Positions 1-12,659 of a DNA stretch of 64,000 bases are shown piece by piece. A program made the position numbers and the translations under genes. Location: assembly GCA_052327205.1 (NCBI GenBank), contig CM126223.1, positions 62,806,001 to 62,870,000 of the forward strand. The letters run 5' to 3'. The notes under the pieces are model-generated. The model saw nothing but the letters and a program-made list of their open reading frames with translations, had not been told where the DNA came from and made no database searches. The DNA is from Somniosus microcephalus (lineage: Eukaryota). The first letter of the stretch is position 1. Every line of letters begins with the position of its first letter.

Positions 1-348
1 GCATCCAGTCGAATTGGATCAAATTGGAGCTGTCACATCCGCGAAAAAAGTGGGTTCGGTTTCTGTCGTTGCAGCATTGGGAGGGAGGGGGGGAGGAAAT
101 GTTTTTCTATATAATTGATGACATGGGAATAAAATTGCGACCCTGGCATAACATGGCATATTTCAAAGCAAGTCACGCGATTTCAGATGTCATTAATTAT
201 TCAGAAGAACAGTCACACTTTCCAATGTTTCTTCAGATGAATTTGCCCCATCTTCAGCAGACTCCATGTGCTTCCAAGATGTTGGGAAGGGGGGAAATTT
301 GCATCGGTTACTGTACGCATGGCTTTAGGCAGACTATCATAAGAAAGG

Positions 349-408
349 TAGGAGGAGACTCGTGTGGAGCATAGATGTTTTGGGCTGAATGGCCTGGTTC
401 TGTACCAT
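349..408 (+). mobile_element. CR1 (HER1-like) LINE 3' tail fragment
   Basis: TGGGCTGAATGGCCTGGTTCTGT is the conserved CR1/HER1 3' stem-loop motif; no ORF. Confidence 0.5.
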
Positions 409-845
409 AAAGAAAGACTTGCATTTATATAGTGCCTTTCACAACCACCGGATGTCTCAGCGCTTTACAGCCAATGAAGTACTTTTAAAAAGTGTAGTCA
501 CTGTTGTAATGTAGGGAACACGGCAACCAATTTGTGCTCAGCAAGCTCCCACAAACAACAATGTGATAACGACCAGATAATCTGTTTTGGCGATGTTGGT
601 TGAGAGATAAATATTGGCCAGGACACCGGGGATAACTCCCTTGCTCTTCTTCGAAATAATGCCATGGGATCTTTTACTACCACCTGAGATGGGGCCTCGG
701 TTTAACGTCTCATCCAAATGACGGCACCTCCGACAGTGCAGCACTCCCTCAGCACTGTACTGGAGTGTCAGCCTAGATTTTTCAGTTTCTGGAGTGGGAC
801 TTGAACCCACAACCTTCTGTGCTGCCCACTGAGCCACAGCTGACA
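409..845 (-). mobile_element. Deu-domain tRNA SINE (SacSINE1-like), near full length
   Basis: On the minus strand: tRNA head (GGCTCAGTGG A box, GGTTCAAGTCC B box), Deu core (GGATGAGACGTTAAACCGAGGCCCC...AAAGATCCCATGGCA...CCCCGGTGTCCTGGCCAA) and tail ATATAAATGCAAGTCTTTCTTT. Confidence 0.85.
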
Positions 846-974
846 CTATAAATACTATGCAATACTGTCTAGTGTAATGTGTAAATGTTCTATACTGAAA
901 TATTGATTGAGTGGCACACAAATGCTCTTTAGATTCATTATAGTTTGTATTAAAAGAAATCTGTGTCCACAGCT

Positions 975-1205
975 TAGGTTTTTAAACTGGGGCTCCTGGA
1001 CCCCAGTGAGTACTTTGTGAGGGGCCAGAGGGGTCCTTGAGATTATTTGCTTTCTGTATTTGTTGACTAATGACTATTATTTGCCGTATATTAAAGGTTT
1101 TCAATGGCTTTTTGACTCTGGCTTTCCAATGTTAGGGCACTGGGAACCCGGGCATGTGTCAAAATTTGTAGAGGGTCACTCCACAGAAAGGTTTGAGGGC
1201 CACCA
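975..1205. mobile_element. possible degenerate hAT-like MITE
   Basis: Ends GGTTTTTAAACT...AGGTTTGAGGGCCAC resemble decayed Charlie-type terminal inverted repeats; no TSD seen. Confidence 0.25.
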
Positions 1206-2751
1206 ATCTACAGGACTGGCTGGATTATTTTTTTAAATATATATTTCACTGTGTATTTATGTAAGAGTATCGCAGCCAGATGGGTGGGGGGAGGGGAGCG
1301 AGGAAGAGAAGAAGTGGTGGTGATGAGCGTGGGCACGCAGTGTGAGACGGGATATGAACTGTCAGGCAAAAGCAGCATGGGATGGGAGCAGAACCAATAT
1401 TCGGGCAAGGAAGTGGAGGAAATCGGAGGAAGATACATTAGTGCAATCTGACTGGAATCTTCTCTGGTTTAACATTTCATTACACTGGAATCTGTGCAAT
1501 GGTTACTGGCCCCGAGGCAGTAATGAATGAATAGTTTGGATAAAGTGAAGTGTGAAATAAGTTTAGTTTTTGAGGCCAGTGGCAGCTCATGAGCGATGAT
1601 GTATTTCTATTTATTTATCGCTAGTTGATGGGGTAAATGCAGGAGCTTTCTAGTCGGGAAATCTCAGTTCGAGCTTTCACCTGTAAATGCTAAGCTACAC
1701 GCCACTGCTTTAACAGAAGATGCCTGCAGCTGCAATCGGCTATTTGCCTGCACTCTCCAAGGATTAAAAGCTTTCCACAGTAGATGTGCACACCCACTTA
1801 TCTCTGCAAATAGCCAATTTAAATTTATAAAATTTTGCCAGAATGGTCGATGGTATGTGAAAAATGTTTGCAAATATTGACTCGGTGCTAATAATGGTTC
1901 TGTGCTGATTATGGACCAAGGCTTCAATGCTTCCACCATCCCCTCCACCCCCGCCTCTGCCGACCCCCCAATGATTTACAGTGGGTCAATGATCAGTTCA
2001 AATTCAATTAAAAAAGATACATTCTGACCTATTTTGTAAATGTGCAGATTTAATTGATGGTCTTGCTGTTACAAAGCCAGCTAAAACGAGGTGACATTTG
2101 CAGTATTGACAAGAAGTCAATTGGGCACTTGCAGATGGTTTATTGGTTGCTTTTTTAATTGAAGTCTCGCTGCGCTGATGCAGAGTTTTACAAATCAGAT
2201 CTGGGTGTATTACTTTTTTTTGATGAGGAACTGTGTCCTCTGAAGGTATCACCCGATGTGACCTCGAGTCTTTGATCCTACAGGTCTCCTTTGGGCCCTT
2301 GGGCAAACTGTGTAAATCATTTTGTTTCGAAAGCCTGTGGACTCCCATCAAGATACAGCCCTTGTGCATTCAGCATATTGTGGTCAAAGGCTGAATTGTT
2401 AGAAATATTCAAGAATGTGCTGGGCACACACACTTTCTGTTCAATTCTGAGTACTGAAAGACACGCCTCAAAAAGGCTTTGCCATGTTTTTTTGCTGACC
2501 CATCAGAAATGCGCAAGTGTTTTGTTAACTTTTATAAAAAATAATTTAAAAAAAGTTTTGTTTATAAATTGAACTACAGTCCACGCACCACCTGGCTCTC
2601 GCACAGCTAGCTGCACCTGGAAGTAAAATTGCCTTGATTCGGAAAGATGGGCAGCTAGGAAGACCCATCGTTTAACCAGGTGGTCTTGGCGAATCCCAAC
2701 AAGTTTATTTTCGGGCTGCAGTTGGCAGTGCAAGTCCCAGTTGGGAGCTTG

Positions 2752-3936
2752 TTTTTTTATTCGTTTATGGGACGTGGGCGTTGCTGGCAAGGTCAGCATT
2801 TATTGCCCATCCCTAGTTGCCCTTGAGAAGGTGGTGGTGAGCTGCTGCCTTGAACCTCTGCAGATGGTGTGGTGAAGGTACTCCCACAGTGCTGTTGGGT
2901 AGGGAGTTCTAGGATTTTGACCCAACAATGATGAAGGTTCGGCGATATATTTCCAAGTCAGGATGGTGTGTGACTTGGAGGGGAACTTGGAGGTGGTGGT
3001 GTTCCCATGCGCCTGCTGCCCTTGTCCTTCTAGGTGGAAGAGGTCGCGGGTTTGGGAGGTGCTGCCGAAGAAGCCTTGGCGAGTTGCTGCAGTGCATCTT
3101 GTAGATGGTACACACTGCAGCCATGGTACGCTGGTGGTGGAGGGAGTGAATGTTTAAGGTGGTGGATGGGATGCCAATCAAGTTGGCTGCTTTGTCCAGG
3201 ATGGTGTCGAGCATCTTGAGTGTTGTTGAAGCTGTACTCATCCAGGCAAGTGGAGAGTATTCCATCACACTCCTGACTTGTGCCTTGTAGATGGTGGAAA
3301 GGCTTTGGGGAGTCAGGAGGTGAGACACTCGCTGTAGAATACCTAGCCTCTGACCTACTCTTGTTGCCACATTATTTATGTGGCTGGTCCAGTTAAGTTT
3401 CTGGTCAACGGTGACCCCCCAGGATGTTTGATGTAAGCCAGAAGCGGACCAAGTGATATACAAGGTCGACGCTTAGTTGGGTACAGATGACAGACTTCGA
3501 GTGATGGTTCAAAACGATCCTTTAATTTTCACGGGCCTGGGGAGAACCTTCTGAGACCCTTCTCCGATTCGACTCCACTGATACCCTCGCGACGTTCACA
3601 ATTATACACAAAAATCATACCCTGCCCTAGTGGCAAATATAAAGTACGACATTTACATTCCTGATTAATCACATTTCTGTTGTTAGTTGGTTCCGGGATC
3701 TTCTGTGACTGCGGCCTTGGCTTAGTGCTGCAACAGCCGCCCTTTGTCTCTGGCCAGATGATTTGTTCAGTAACCTGTTTTCTTAAGCTAACAGTTCCTG
3801 TTTTCGTAACAAGCTCAAGTTACTTTGAATAAATATTCTTCCTTAACAAGGTCCTATGTCTAACACTTAATGATATTAATTATAAATTTGAATTACTTCA
3901 ATGTTGATGGTGGGGGATTCGGCAATGGTAATGCCA
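2752..3936 (-). mobile_element. CR1/L2-group non-LTR retrotransposon 3' fragment (RT C-terminus + 3' UTR), split by a solo LTR
   Basis: Translation GVTVDQKLNWTSHINN...YKAQVRSVMEYSPLAW...LHHQR. The 3' UTR GGGATGGGCAATAAATGCT is shared with copies at 13576, 31635 and 38733. The sequence resumes at 3901 after the insert. Confidence 0.85.
3429..3900 (-). mobile_element. solo LTR (472 bp)
   Basis: TG...CA termini with an imperfect inverted repeat (TGATGTAA / TTACTTCA). 5-bp TSD ATGTT at 3424-3428 and 3901-3905. ATTAAA on the minus strand near 3520 suggests the orientation. Confidence 0.85.
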
Positions 3937-4149
3937 GTGTTACCATCCTGGGTATTGACTCAATATAAAAGCAGCTTTGCTTTTGTGAGACGACAAATTC
4001 ACTAACAGTTCAGTGAAATAAAGGTGTATAGATGACATTTTGGACAGTGTCCACTTGTGCTGTGATAAATGCCCAGCAATACAATGATCGATCTGGTCCT
4101 TCCAAACTTGACTAGTATCTGAAGAGATTATTTTGAGCTATATTTAAAA

Positions 4150-4568
4150 AAAGACTTGCATTTATACAGCACCATTCAAGGATGTCCCAAAGCACTTTAC
4201 AGCCAATGAAGCACTTAACTCGGCAGTCAATTTTTTTGCACAGCAAGCTCCCACACGCAGCAATATGCTAATGGCCAGATAATCTGTTTCTGTGATGTTG
4301 ATTAAATATTGGCCCCAGGACATTGGGGGATAACTCCCCTGCTCTGAAATAATGCCATGGGATCTTATACGTCCACTTGAGAGGGCAGATGGGGCCTCGG
4401 TTTAACGTCTCATTCAAAAGACGGCTCCTCTGACGGTGTAGCACTCCCTCGGTACTGCACTGGAGTGTCGGCCTAGATTTTTGTGCTCAAGTCCCTGGAG
4501 TGGGACTTGAACCCACAACCTTCTGACTTGGAGGCGAGAGAGTGCTGCCCACTGAGCTACAGCTGACA
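4150..4568 (-). mobile_element. Deu-domain tRNA SINE (SacSINE1-like)
   Basis: Same head, core and tail as 409-845. Confidence 0.85.
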
Positions 4569-5469
4569 CAATGTAACATTAGAGTGCAGTTCAAGTAGTT
4601 TAGACTGTGGGTATTGGTGAGAGCAATTTGAGATGATTATTATTATAGAATATTGGTTTCAGTGAGCTCTTGTTTCCTGAAATCTGTTGGTACCAATTCA
4701 TTATACACGCCTTGTGACAATATTTCTCTCAATAGGGAGAGTCATTATTGGGTATCAATTCCTCAAGACAGTGTATGTACGTGCATTAAGTCATTGATTT
4801 ATTGAGTCATAAAGTTGATATAATAATGAGGAATGAGTTTACTTTGCAGCTATCGAGAGTAATATGCTGCCAAATTTATACTCTGCTGTTTACTGCAGGT
4901 AGAATGGGCCTTGTTAGGCTAATCGCGCACCTTAGTGAGTCTGGTACAGTTTGAGTTGTGGGCAAGGAGGTGGTTCGTGAGAGCAAGCATAGCTAATGAG
5001 GGAAGGGAGACGGTGCCTAGAATATATTGAGAAATTCATGTTTAATAGAGACGAGGTGTGTGTTCTGTTTTGTTTGTTCCCTTTTTGTGGTTGCTGTTCC
5101 AACTGCCTCCAGTAACTTGCACGATGCAAATCCAGCCCCAGTTATGTAACCTGCAGTTTCTGTATCTGTACACTTAGTCGTCTATAAACTGTGAAATTGG
5201 GCTTTATGACACAATGTGTGTTCGAACACTTCCATTGGTAGCTGTGGTAAGAGACTGCGAATAAACCCGGATAAGAATGATGCTGTCGGTGGAACAACCA
5301 TGGTTTGGGGGGGATGTTTTAATTGCTGTACATCCAGGGGCCTTCAGTAGGTTTACCGTTTGCACAGTGAAGGCACTGGGTTCTGATAAACACGCACGAG
5401 GCTCTTACAAACTAGGCACTAAAATAGGTAACTTGCTGCCAAAGACTGGGTGAAAACTGGTATGCTTTA

Positions 5470-6999
5470 TTCAATTCAATTCAATTTTATTTGTCATCTA
5501 TGCAACAGACGTGTGTACTGCACAATGAAATGTTGATTTTTACGAGTCCTCCCAACATTGGAATAAATATGGCACAACAATGATAAAAATACTAATAGAA
5601 AGACAGTAATAATAAATAAAACAACAGTAATAAATAATAAATTAATCGTTCATGAGTCTTATGGCCTGGGGGTAGAAGCTGTTTCGAAACCTGTTGGTAC
5701 GAGACCGTATGCTTCGGTATCTCTTACCGGACGGGAGCAGGGCGAAGAGGTTGTGGCTGGGGTGACTCATGTCTTTAATGATTCTCGAGGCCTTCCCCCG
5801 GCACCTCTCGGGGTAGATATCCTGCACAGCAGGTAGTTTAATTCCTATAGTGTGTTGTGCAGCTTTCACTACCATCTGTAGAGCCTTGCGGTCTGTGGCG
5901 GTGCAGTTGCCATACCAGGTAGTGATGCAGCCGGACAGGATACTCTCGATGGTGCACCGGTAGAAGTTGGTGAGAATCTGGGGGGCCAGTCCAAATTTCT
6001 TCAGTCTCCTGAGGAAGAACAGGCGTTGGCATGCCTTCTTGGTTACAACGTCGATGTGATGGGACCACGTTAAGTCCTCCGTAATGAATACACCCAGGAA
6101 TTTGAAGCTGCTGACCCTCTCCACCTCAGCCCCTTCGATGTAGATTGGGGTGTGTCCCTTCCCCTGCCGCTTCCTGTAATCCACGATCATCTCCTTTGTT
6201 TTGATGATGTTGAGGGAGAGGTTGTTGTACTTGCACCATTCTCCTAGGGCTCTTACCTCCTCACTGTAGCCTGTCTCGTCGCCATCTGTGATCAGGCCTA
6301 CAACGGTAGTGTCATCAGCAAACTTGATGATGGAGTTGAAGTTGTGCGTGACCACGCAGTCATGAGTAAACAGGGAGTATAGAAGGGGGCTGCGCACACA
6401 ACCCTGGGGAGCTCCCGTGTTCAGGATCAGTGTGGAGGAGGTGTTTCTGCCTATTTTCACCACCTGGGGTCTTCCCGTCTGGAAGTCCAGGATCCAGTTG
6501 CATAGGGAGGTGTTAAATCCTAGCTCACTGAGCTTGTTGACAAGCTTGGAGGGGATAATGGTATTGAATGCTAAACTATAATCAATGAACAACATTCTCA
6601 CATAGGTGTTCCTCTTATCCAGGTGTGATAAGGCAGTGTGCAGTACAGTGGCGATGGCATCATCCCTAGATCTGTTTGGGCGGTAGGCAAATTGGAGTGG
6701 GTCCAGTGTGTCAGGTAGTAACGAGTTGATGTGGGTTTTGACCAGCCTCTCAAAGCACGTCATGATGACAGAAGTGAGTGCTATGGGGCGCTAGTCGTTT
6801 AAACAGGTTGCTTTTGTTTTTTTGGGGACTGGAATAACCGATGTCATCTTGAAGTGGGTGGGGACTACAGACTGGTACAGTGAACGGTTGAATATATCCG
6901 TAAACACGGCTGCCAGCTGGTCAGCGCATGCTCTAAGGACACGCCCAGGGATTCCATCTGGACCGGGTGCTTTGTGGGTGTTCACTCTCTTAAAGGTCT
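5470..6999 (-). mobile_element. Rex1/Babar LINE, 5'-truncated
   Basis: RT with [27 protein letters not shown] and KFADDTT motifs; C-terminus [15 protein letters not shown]. (TTGAA)n tail after AATAAA. 7-bp TSD TGCTTTA at 5463-5469 and 7000-7006. Confidence 0.92.
5642..6999 (-). pseudogene. Rex1/Babar reverse transcriptase ORF fragment with one in-frame stop
   Basis: ORFs 6791-6985 and 5642-6763 are in the same frame. They are separated by TAG at 6791-6793 in place of the Tyr of the ND(Y)RPIALTS motif. Confidence 0.88.
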
Positions 7000-7359
7000 T
7001 GCTTTAGTGTAGCCAGGAGAGTTCATAAAGAGACTCTATGCAGGCAAACAGAAAATTCAAACGGCATCTGATTTGGGAACAAGCCAAAACATGAGACGGG
7101 ATTTGCATTTGGTGCTTCTGTTGACGTGTGGTTTCGGTTTAGTTGAGTTTCAAGGTGATTCTATCAATCTAAAGGCACTGAGGGCAAGCTAGATCTTGCA
7201 GGAAGTTTTCTCACCTGCCTTAAGTCAGCTGACTCTCTTGTGATTGCTGTAGCTCTTTAAAGGAGCATTACACCCCAATTGGCATTGATCGATCTGACAA
7301 TTAAAGATATCATGCGTCAGTCACATAGCATGTCTTTACATCGAGGCCTTCTGGACACA

Positions 7360-7595
7360 CAACAACAACTTGCATTTATAGCACCTTTTCCCAAGGTGCT
7401 TTACAGGAGTGTTGGCGGACAAAATTTGACATCGAGTCACCTAAGGAGATATTAAGGCAGAGGTAGATTTTAAGGAGCGTCTTAAAGGAGGAGAGGGAGG
7501 CGGAGAGGTTTAGGGAGGGAATTGCAGAGCTAGGGCCTGGGCAGCTGAAGGGACGGCCGTCGGTGAAGGAGCGATGGAAATTGGGGATGTGCAAG
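7360..7595 (-). mobile_element. L2 LINE 3' fragment
   Basis: (TTG)n tail after ATAAATGCAAG; translation SLSSFKTLLK is typical of the L2 ORF2 end. Confidence 0.75.
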
Positions 7596-8288
7596 CATGC
7601 ATGTGTTTCTGAATTCTTTGTACCAGGAGCTAAACCTAGGAACCTTCTGGTTCTATGGCTTGACTGCTTACTGGATAACTTGGAGAGTCCAACAGGAAAC
7701 GTAACTAGTTTTTCTTTCCCCCTCTCTATAGCTATGTTTACACTTTACAACCAGCACGAGATCACACTGGATACTAGTGCAACGGAAAGAGAGTTGAGCT
7801 TCTTTACCCCACACTCATCAAGTAGGGAGCACCCTTTACAGGTCAGGTAGACCTACTATGAAATATGTCATCACTACTTTTTCCATGCCAGTTGTGGTTG
7901 CTGTAGAGTTTTAGCACTGATTTAATGCCACGTGAATAATTACACTAGGGATAGACTATACAGCACTCAGGAGACCAGAGTGATACTTTATTATTACTGT
8001 TAGACAGTGTGAACTCTGCCATCCCACTAGAAATTGGATTGGCCTCTGCACTAATATAAAGCTGGTAGGTTGACGGGGTTCGAGAGCAAATAAGGTGTTT
8101 GCCCTATTTGTAGACCACTGTAAGTGGGTGTTGGATGGGGCCCTGTTTTAACATGGATGAACTGCTTTCAGTCGAGCGCTAGTATATCCACCTACCGTTT
8201 CGGAAAAAAATCTGTGGTCCCATTTTGGAGCAAATACAGATCAATCCGGTAATTCCCAACTATGATTTGGGGACAGGAAGGTGCTTGG

Positions 8289-8737
8289 TGTCAGCTGTGG
8301 CTCATTGGGTAGCACCCTCGCCTCCTAAACGTCAGAAGGTTGTGGGTTCAAGTCCCACTCCAGAGACTTAGCACATAATCCAGGCTGTCACTCCAGTGCA
8401 GTGCTGCGGGAGTGCTGCACTGTTGGAGATGCTGTCTTTTGGATGAGACGTTGAACCGAGGCCTCGTCTGCTCTCTCGGGTGGATGCAAAAGATCCCACG
8501 GCACTATTTTGATTATCCCCGGCATCCTGGCCAATATTTATCCCTCAATCAAGAAAACAAAAATAGATTATCTGGTCATTATTACATTGCTGTTTGTGGG
8601 AGCTTGCTGTGCACAAATTGGCTGCCACGTTTCCTACATTACAACAGTGACTGCATTTCAAAAAGTAAAGTTGGCTGTAAAGTGCTTTGGGATGTACTGA
8701 GGTTGTGAATGGTGCTATATAAATGCAAGTCTTTCTT
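8289..8737 (+). mobile_element. Deu-domain tRNA SINE (SacSINE1-like)
   Basis: TGTCAGCTGTGGCTCA head, GGTTCAAGTCC B box, Deu core and AAATGCAAGTCTTTCTT tail. CTTGGTGT occurs at both ends (possible TSD). Confidence 0.85.
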
Positions 8738-10013
8738 GGTGTTGGGTGGAAGTTTGGAGCAGTGAACTGGGCTGACACTGTCTTCACTCTTGTTACGTAT
8801 TTTTTAATGTAATGAATGCAGAATGTGTTTCCTTGTATATGCTTTAATTTACTTTATCTGAATTCAGCACCACAGTCAATGTTCTGTCCTGTAACAACTT
8901 ATCACAGCTGTGTGTGTGTGTATGAATTTAGTCTGCTGATTAAACATTCAAATTAGGGCCATCTAACTGTAATAGAGACAAAATTCTAACTGAATATGTT
9001 TAATCAAAAGAGTCTGCAGAGGTTAAACTGTTACAATATTCACTAATGTAAATATGCTGCAATCTGACCAGTGACGGATTTTGCCATCACAATTGATTTA
9101 AAGCTTATTTAGCAGTGTGCTGTTGAGTGAGATTCTTATTTAGCTTGTGGGCGCTTTTCAGCCAGTAGTTACTAATGGTGTTTAACCCGCTGGCTCATTT
9201 GTCATTCGGCATTGCGCCGTCCTGGTGGATACGCACGTTTGTGAGGCATTAACTCCTGCATGAGGCTGCTGAAGTTGTGAGCTTTGAAGTTTGCAATCTG
9301 ATTGAGAGTGGCGCTCCGCATGTGTCGAGTGGTGTGAAGGGGGCTTGTTTTTGTCTGGTAGTGACATCTGTCCAGTCACTGCAATGACAGATCGAGAATG
9401 GTGATGGTGGTGGGTTTAACTTGTATATCGTGTTAATTGAGAGTCAATAATTTCAACCCTTTTCTTAAAATACCCTTCTACGTTTTAATACTCCAGGCTA
9501 CACTTGGGCATTCTGTAACCGGACAATGGTAATGTCTGGACTGGCCAACTCGGCCTCTCTCTTTTCCCCCCCCACCTACACTTTGTTTTTTGTCACAGAA
9601 TATTGCTTTGTAAACTCTCTGGTTATCACCGTTCAGCACTTCTTGCCCAATTCTCCTTCCAGATAGCTGGGGAATCTGCCAGTACTTTCCATTGAGTCAG
9701 ATTGGTAGGCAATCAATCAAAGGCTGCTGTTCTGAAATTGGATGGCCATTTTAAGGGAAGTAATTGGGACGGAGCAGACTGGCACTATCCAGTGTGGACG
9801 CAATCTACTGGCAGTATAGCATAACAGTTTTTTGAACGAGGCGCTCCATGTGGGATGAATTTGGGTGACGCACTTGATTTGGTGGTAACTTCTATTTATT
9901 GATATGCAAAGTGCAGTCTTACGAACTCCTTTCAGAAAACAAATCTAAGAGACAAAGAGGGGATGTGACCTTCACACAGGTTTTGATTTGACACTTTTTC
10001 CCCCACCCCCCCC

Positions 10014-10045
<32 letters not shown>

Positions 10046-10619
10046 TCTTTTATTCTACTGATTTCAGCTGATCTGCATCTGCCTGAGGTTGTTTTGAGAT
10101 TAAGGGGCTGGATATGTGAACAGTTGAGCTGAGCTTGTTCCACACGGACTCGCCTTGGGGCAGGTGATGCCCAGGTGACTTGTGCTAAAGAGTCGCTCTC
10201 ACCAACAGCTGACTTGTGTTCTTTCCACACTGCGTACGTCATGGCTTGGTGGCCTCGGGCAGCTGTTTTCCTCCCTCGTCGGGTGGTGGAGCTGGCTATT
10301 TGTTCTCGGCTAGTCGGCTGCAACATGAGCCCTGCTCAAGCTGGACTGTTTCAATTTAGTGAGGGATGGGCTCTTTTTATGAGCCCCTCAGGCCTTTTTT
10401 AAAAAAAAACAGATTGACCTTTTGAGAGTTGTCTGCCATTCAAATCAATGTCAGCATTTCATTATAGGATTAGAAGTGTTAATGGGTATCCTGTTTAAAG
10501 GGATTGACTGCAAAAGCACAATTTCCAGTCTTACTGCAGTTTTTGCCTAAAGAATGGATAAAAATAACATTTTACTTTATTGGGTGAGATTTTTGGAGCC
10601 TTTAATTGTAAATTAGTCA

Positions 10620-10980
10620 CAGACAATGATGAGCCATACAGACCAAGACAACCTCTGGTTCAATCCCTAGTCTGGAATGAGTTCGTTGATCTTAGTTAGT
10701 TGATCTTAATTGGGATGGCAATGAGAAGACTACTTTTGGCCACAGCACCCCTAGCTTAGAGAAGGGGAGGATCAGTGAAGGGTTCTTATACCTGGTTGCT
10801 GTCCAGTGATGTTGGGGGGGTGAAGAAGATGGGATCCAGCTGAGTTGTGAAGCCTGCTGCTGTTAAATAGCATATCTACACTTAACTGAAGCCCACACAT
10901 GAATAATGACGATTTGGGTCAGGTGAGATATCCGGTTCCATGCACACCATAGTACAGGAAGGGGTCAATGCCTTGAGGAA
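10620..10980 (+). mobile_element. old diverged tRNA-like SINE (second family)
   Basis: B-box-like GGTTCAATCCC followed by TGAGTT..TGATCT and AGGGTTC..CCTGGTTGCT motifs shared with several other dispersed copies in the window. Confidence 0.5.
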
Positions 10981-11073
10981 AAAAAACTGGCAGCAAGTTA
11001 GCGAGGGGAGGGGAATGGAAGCTTTTATGGTCATTTTGTTGGGATTAATTATCATTATCACTACCTTATTTTG

Positions 11074-11183
11074 AAAGAAAGACTTTCATTTATATAGCAC
11101 CTTTCATGACCTCAAGATGTCCCAAACTGCTTTATAGCCAATGAAGTACCTTTTTGAAGTGTAGGCACTGTAATGTAGGAAAC
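11074..11183 (-). mobile_element. Deu-SINE 3' tail fragment
   Basis: AAAGAAAGACTT.CATTTATATAGCACCTTTCATGACC...GCCAATGAAGTAC. Confidence 0.7.
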
Positions 11184-12659
11184 ATAATTTTAAGCTTATC
11201 CTGAAAGGATAAGTCAGAAAGGAGTGTTTTTCAAAGTGGAAGGTATTCATAGACTTTTGGTGCCATGAGGTAGACTTGAGTATTTGGGTGTTATTTTGTG
11301 CATCTAAAAACCAATAATGCAAATAAAGTTGATTGTGTGATTAGCCAGTAGGTTTAGTGGGACTTCAATAGCCTGGTGCAGGTTAATGAGTATAACTCCG
11401 TATATTACAGCTGCCTTTCCACGTCGTGTGATGAATACATTTATATCTGCTTTTGGTTGTAGCACTGTGCACGCTGTACCCAATGGATTTGCCCACGCCA
11501 CAGGATCAAGGTCAGGAGCTGGCAAGGTACTGAAAATCTCTCCCAAGTGCAAATCAAAAATGTGGCTGTGCGCAATCAGGAGTTAAGACGTTGGCACAAG
11601 TGGACGACAATGAGTATCGGTCCTGCAGCTAATGCATCGTGAGCTTTTTGATTGTATAGCTTTGCTTTGCAATCCCTTCTTATCCCATTTATATTTTAAG
11701 AGGAAGCAGTTGATCCAATGCATTAGAGTACAATTTACGCTGCAGGGTTTGTTGTAGTCATTTGTTCAAGAGTCCAAACGAAACAGGATAAGTGAGTAAT
11801 AATTAGCAAAAGCGATTAGGGCAAGCAAATAAATGGGCCTGCAGAAAAGGGTATTAAAGCAAATTACAGTCTCGTGAAATAAAAAGCAGCTGAAAAGTTT
11901 TACAATCGGCTATTATTTTGCCGTTCAATATTACAGTATTGATGTATGGCTTCACTTCAGTGTTGGAGTAACAGCTGCAATAAAAGTTCACCCTTCTACA
12001 ATTTGGTGTTCTTTATTGCTGCTGACCTTGAACATACGTCAGTCGGAAGTTGAGCACCATAGTCTATCCCGTGTAAACGCGAGCTTGCATTTCATGCTGA
12101 AAATTTGTTGAGGTAAATGGCCTTGTGCACAATGCTGCACTTGTCGGGGTTGGGGGGGGGGGGAAACCCTGTTAACTTTCCAAGTTGTGTTAATTCAAGC
12201 TTTTCTCCTTTTTTTATGTTTCAGTAGGGCTACAATTTTCAAAAATGGTCCCCAGCCCAGCTTATCTTCTCTCCTTGCTCTATGGCAACAGGAGTGGGGC
12301 TGTAGTTAATTTCTGCTGCCCTTGGCTTGGAATCATGTCATCAGGCTCTGCAGGCATTTGTCCCTCCAGACTATAGTCCCTCATTGGTTTCTTTCTGTCG
12401 GTGGGCTACTGATGAGCCCAACATTGGCTTTGGGAATCTTGCTGGGTAGTGACGTATGTTCACAGGTCTCCTTTCTCCGAAAACTCTGCCGTGGAAATCG
12501 TTCTCTTTTGGGATTATATTTCAGCTCTATAATCCCGAGGAAGCTTAATTATATAACATTATGCTTCAGGATTTATGTAACCTTTCCCCAACCTCTGGAT
12601 TATATACAGTAGCAAAACACGAGCTAACTACAGAAACCTGTGAATTAATTTGTTTAATG

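Noticed and set aside
538-921. Recurring peptides such as KTDYLVIITLLFVGAC (also 8509, 22352, 56430)
   Set aside because: Chance translations of the Deu-SINE consensus, not a protein family.
2909-3463. 184-aa ORF as a gene
   Set aside because: It is a LINE RT C-terminus whose apparent start lies in the inserted solo LTR, so it is a chimeric artefact.
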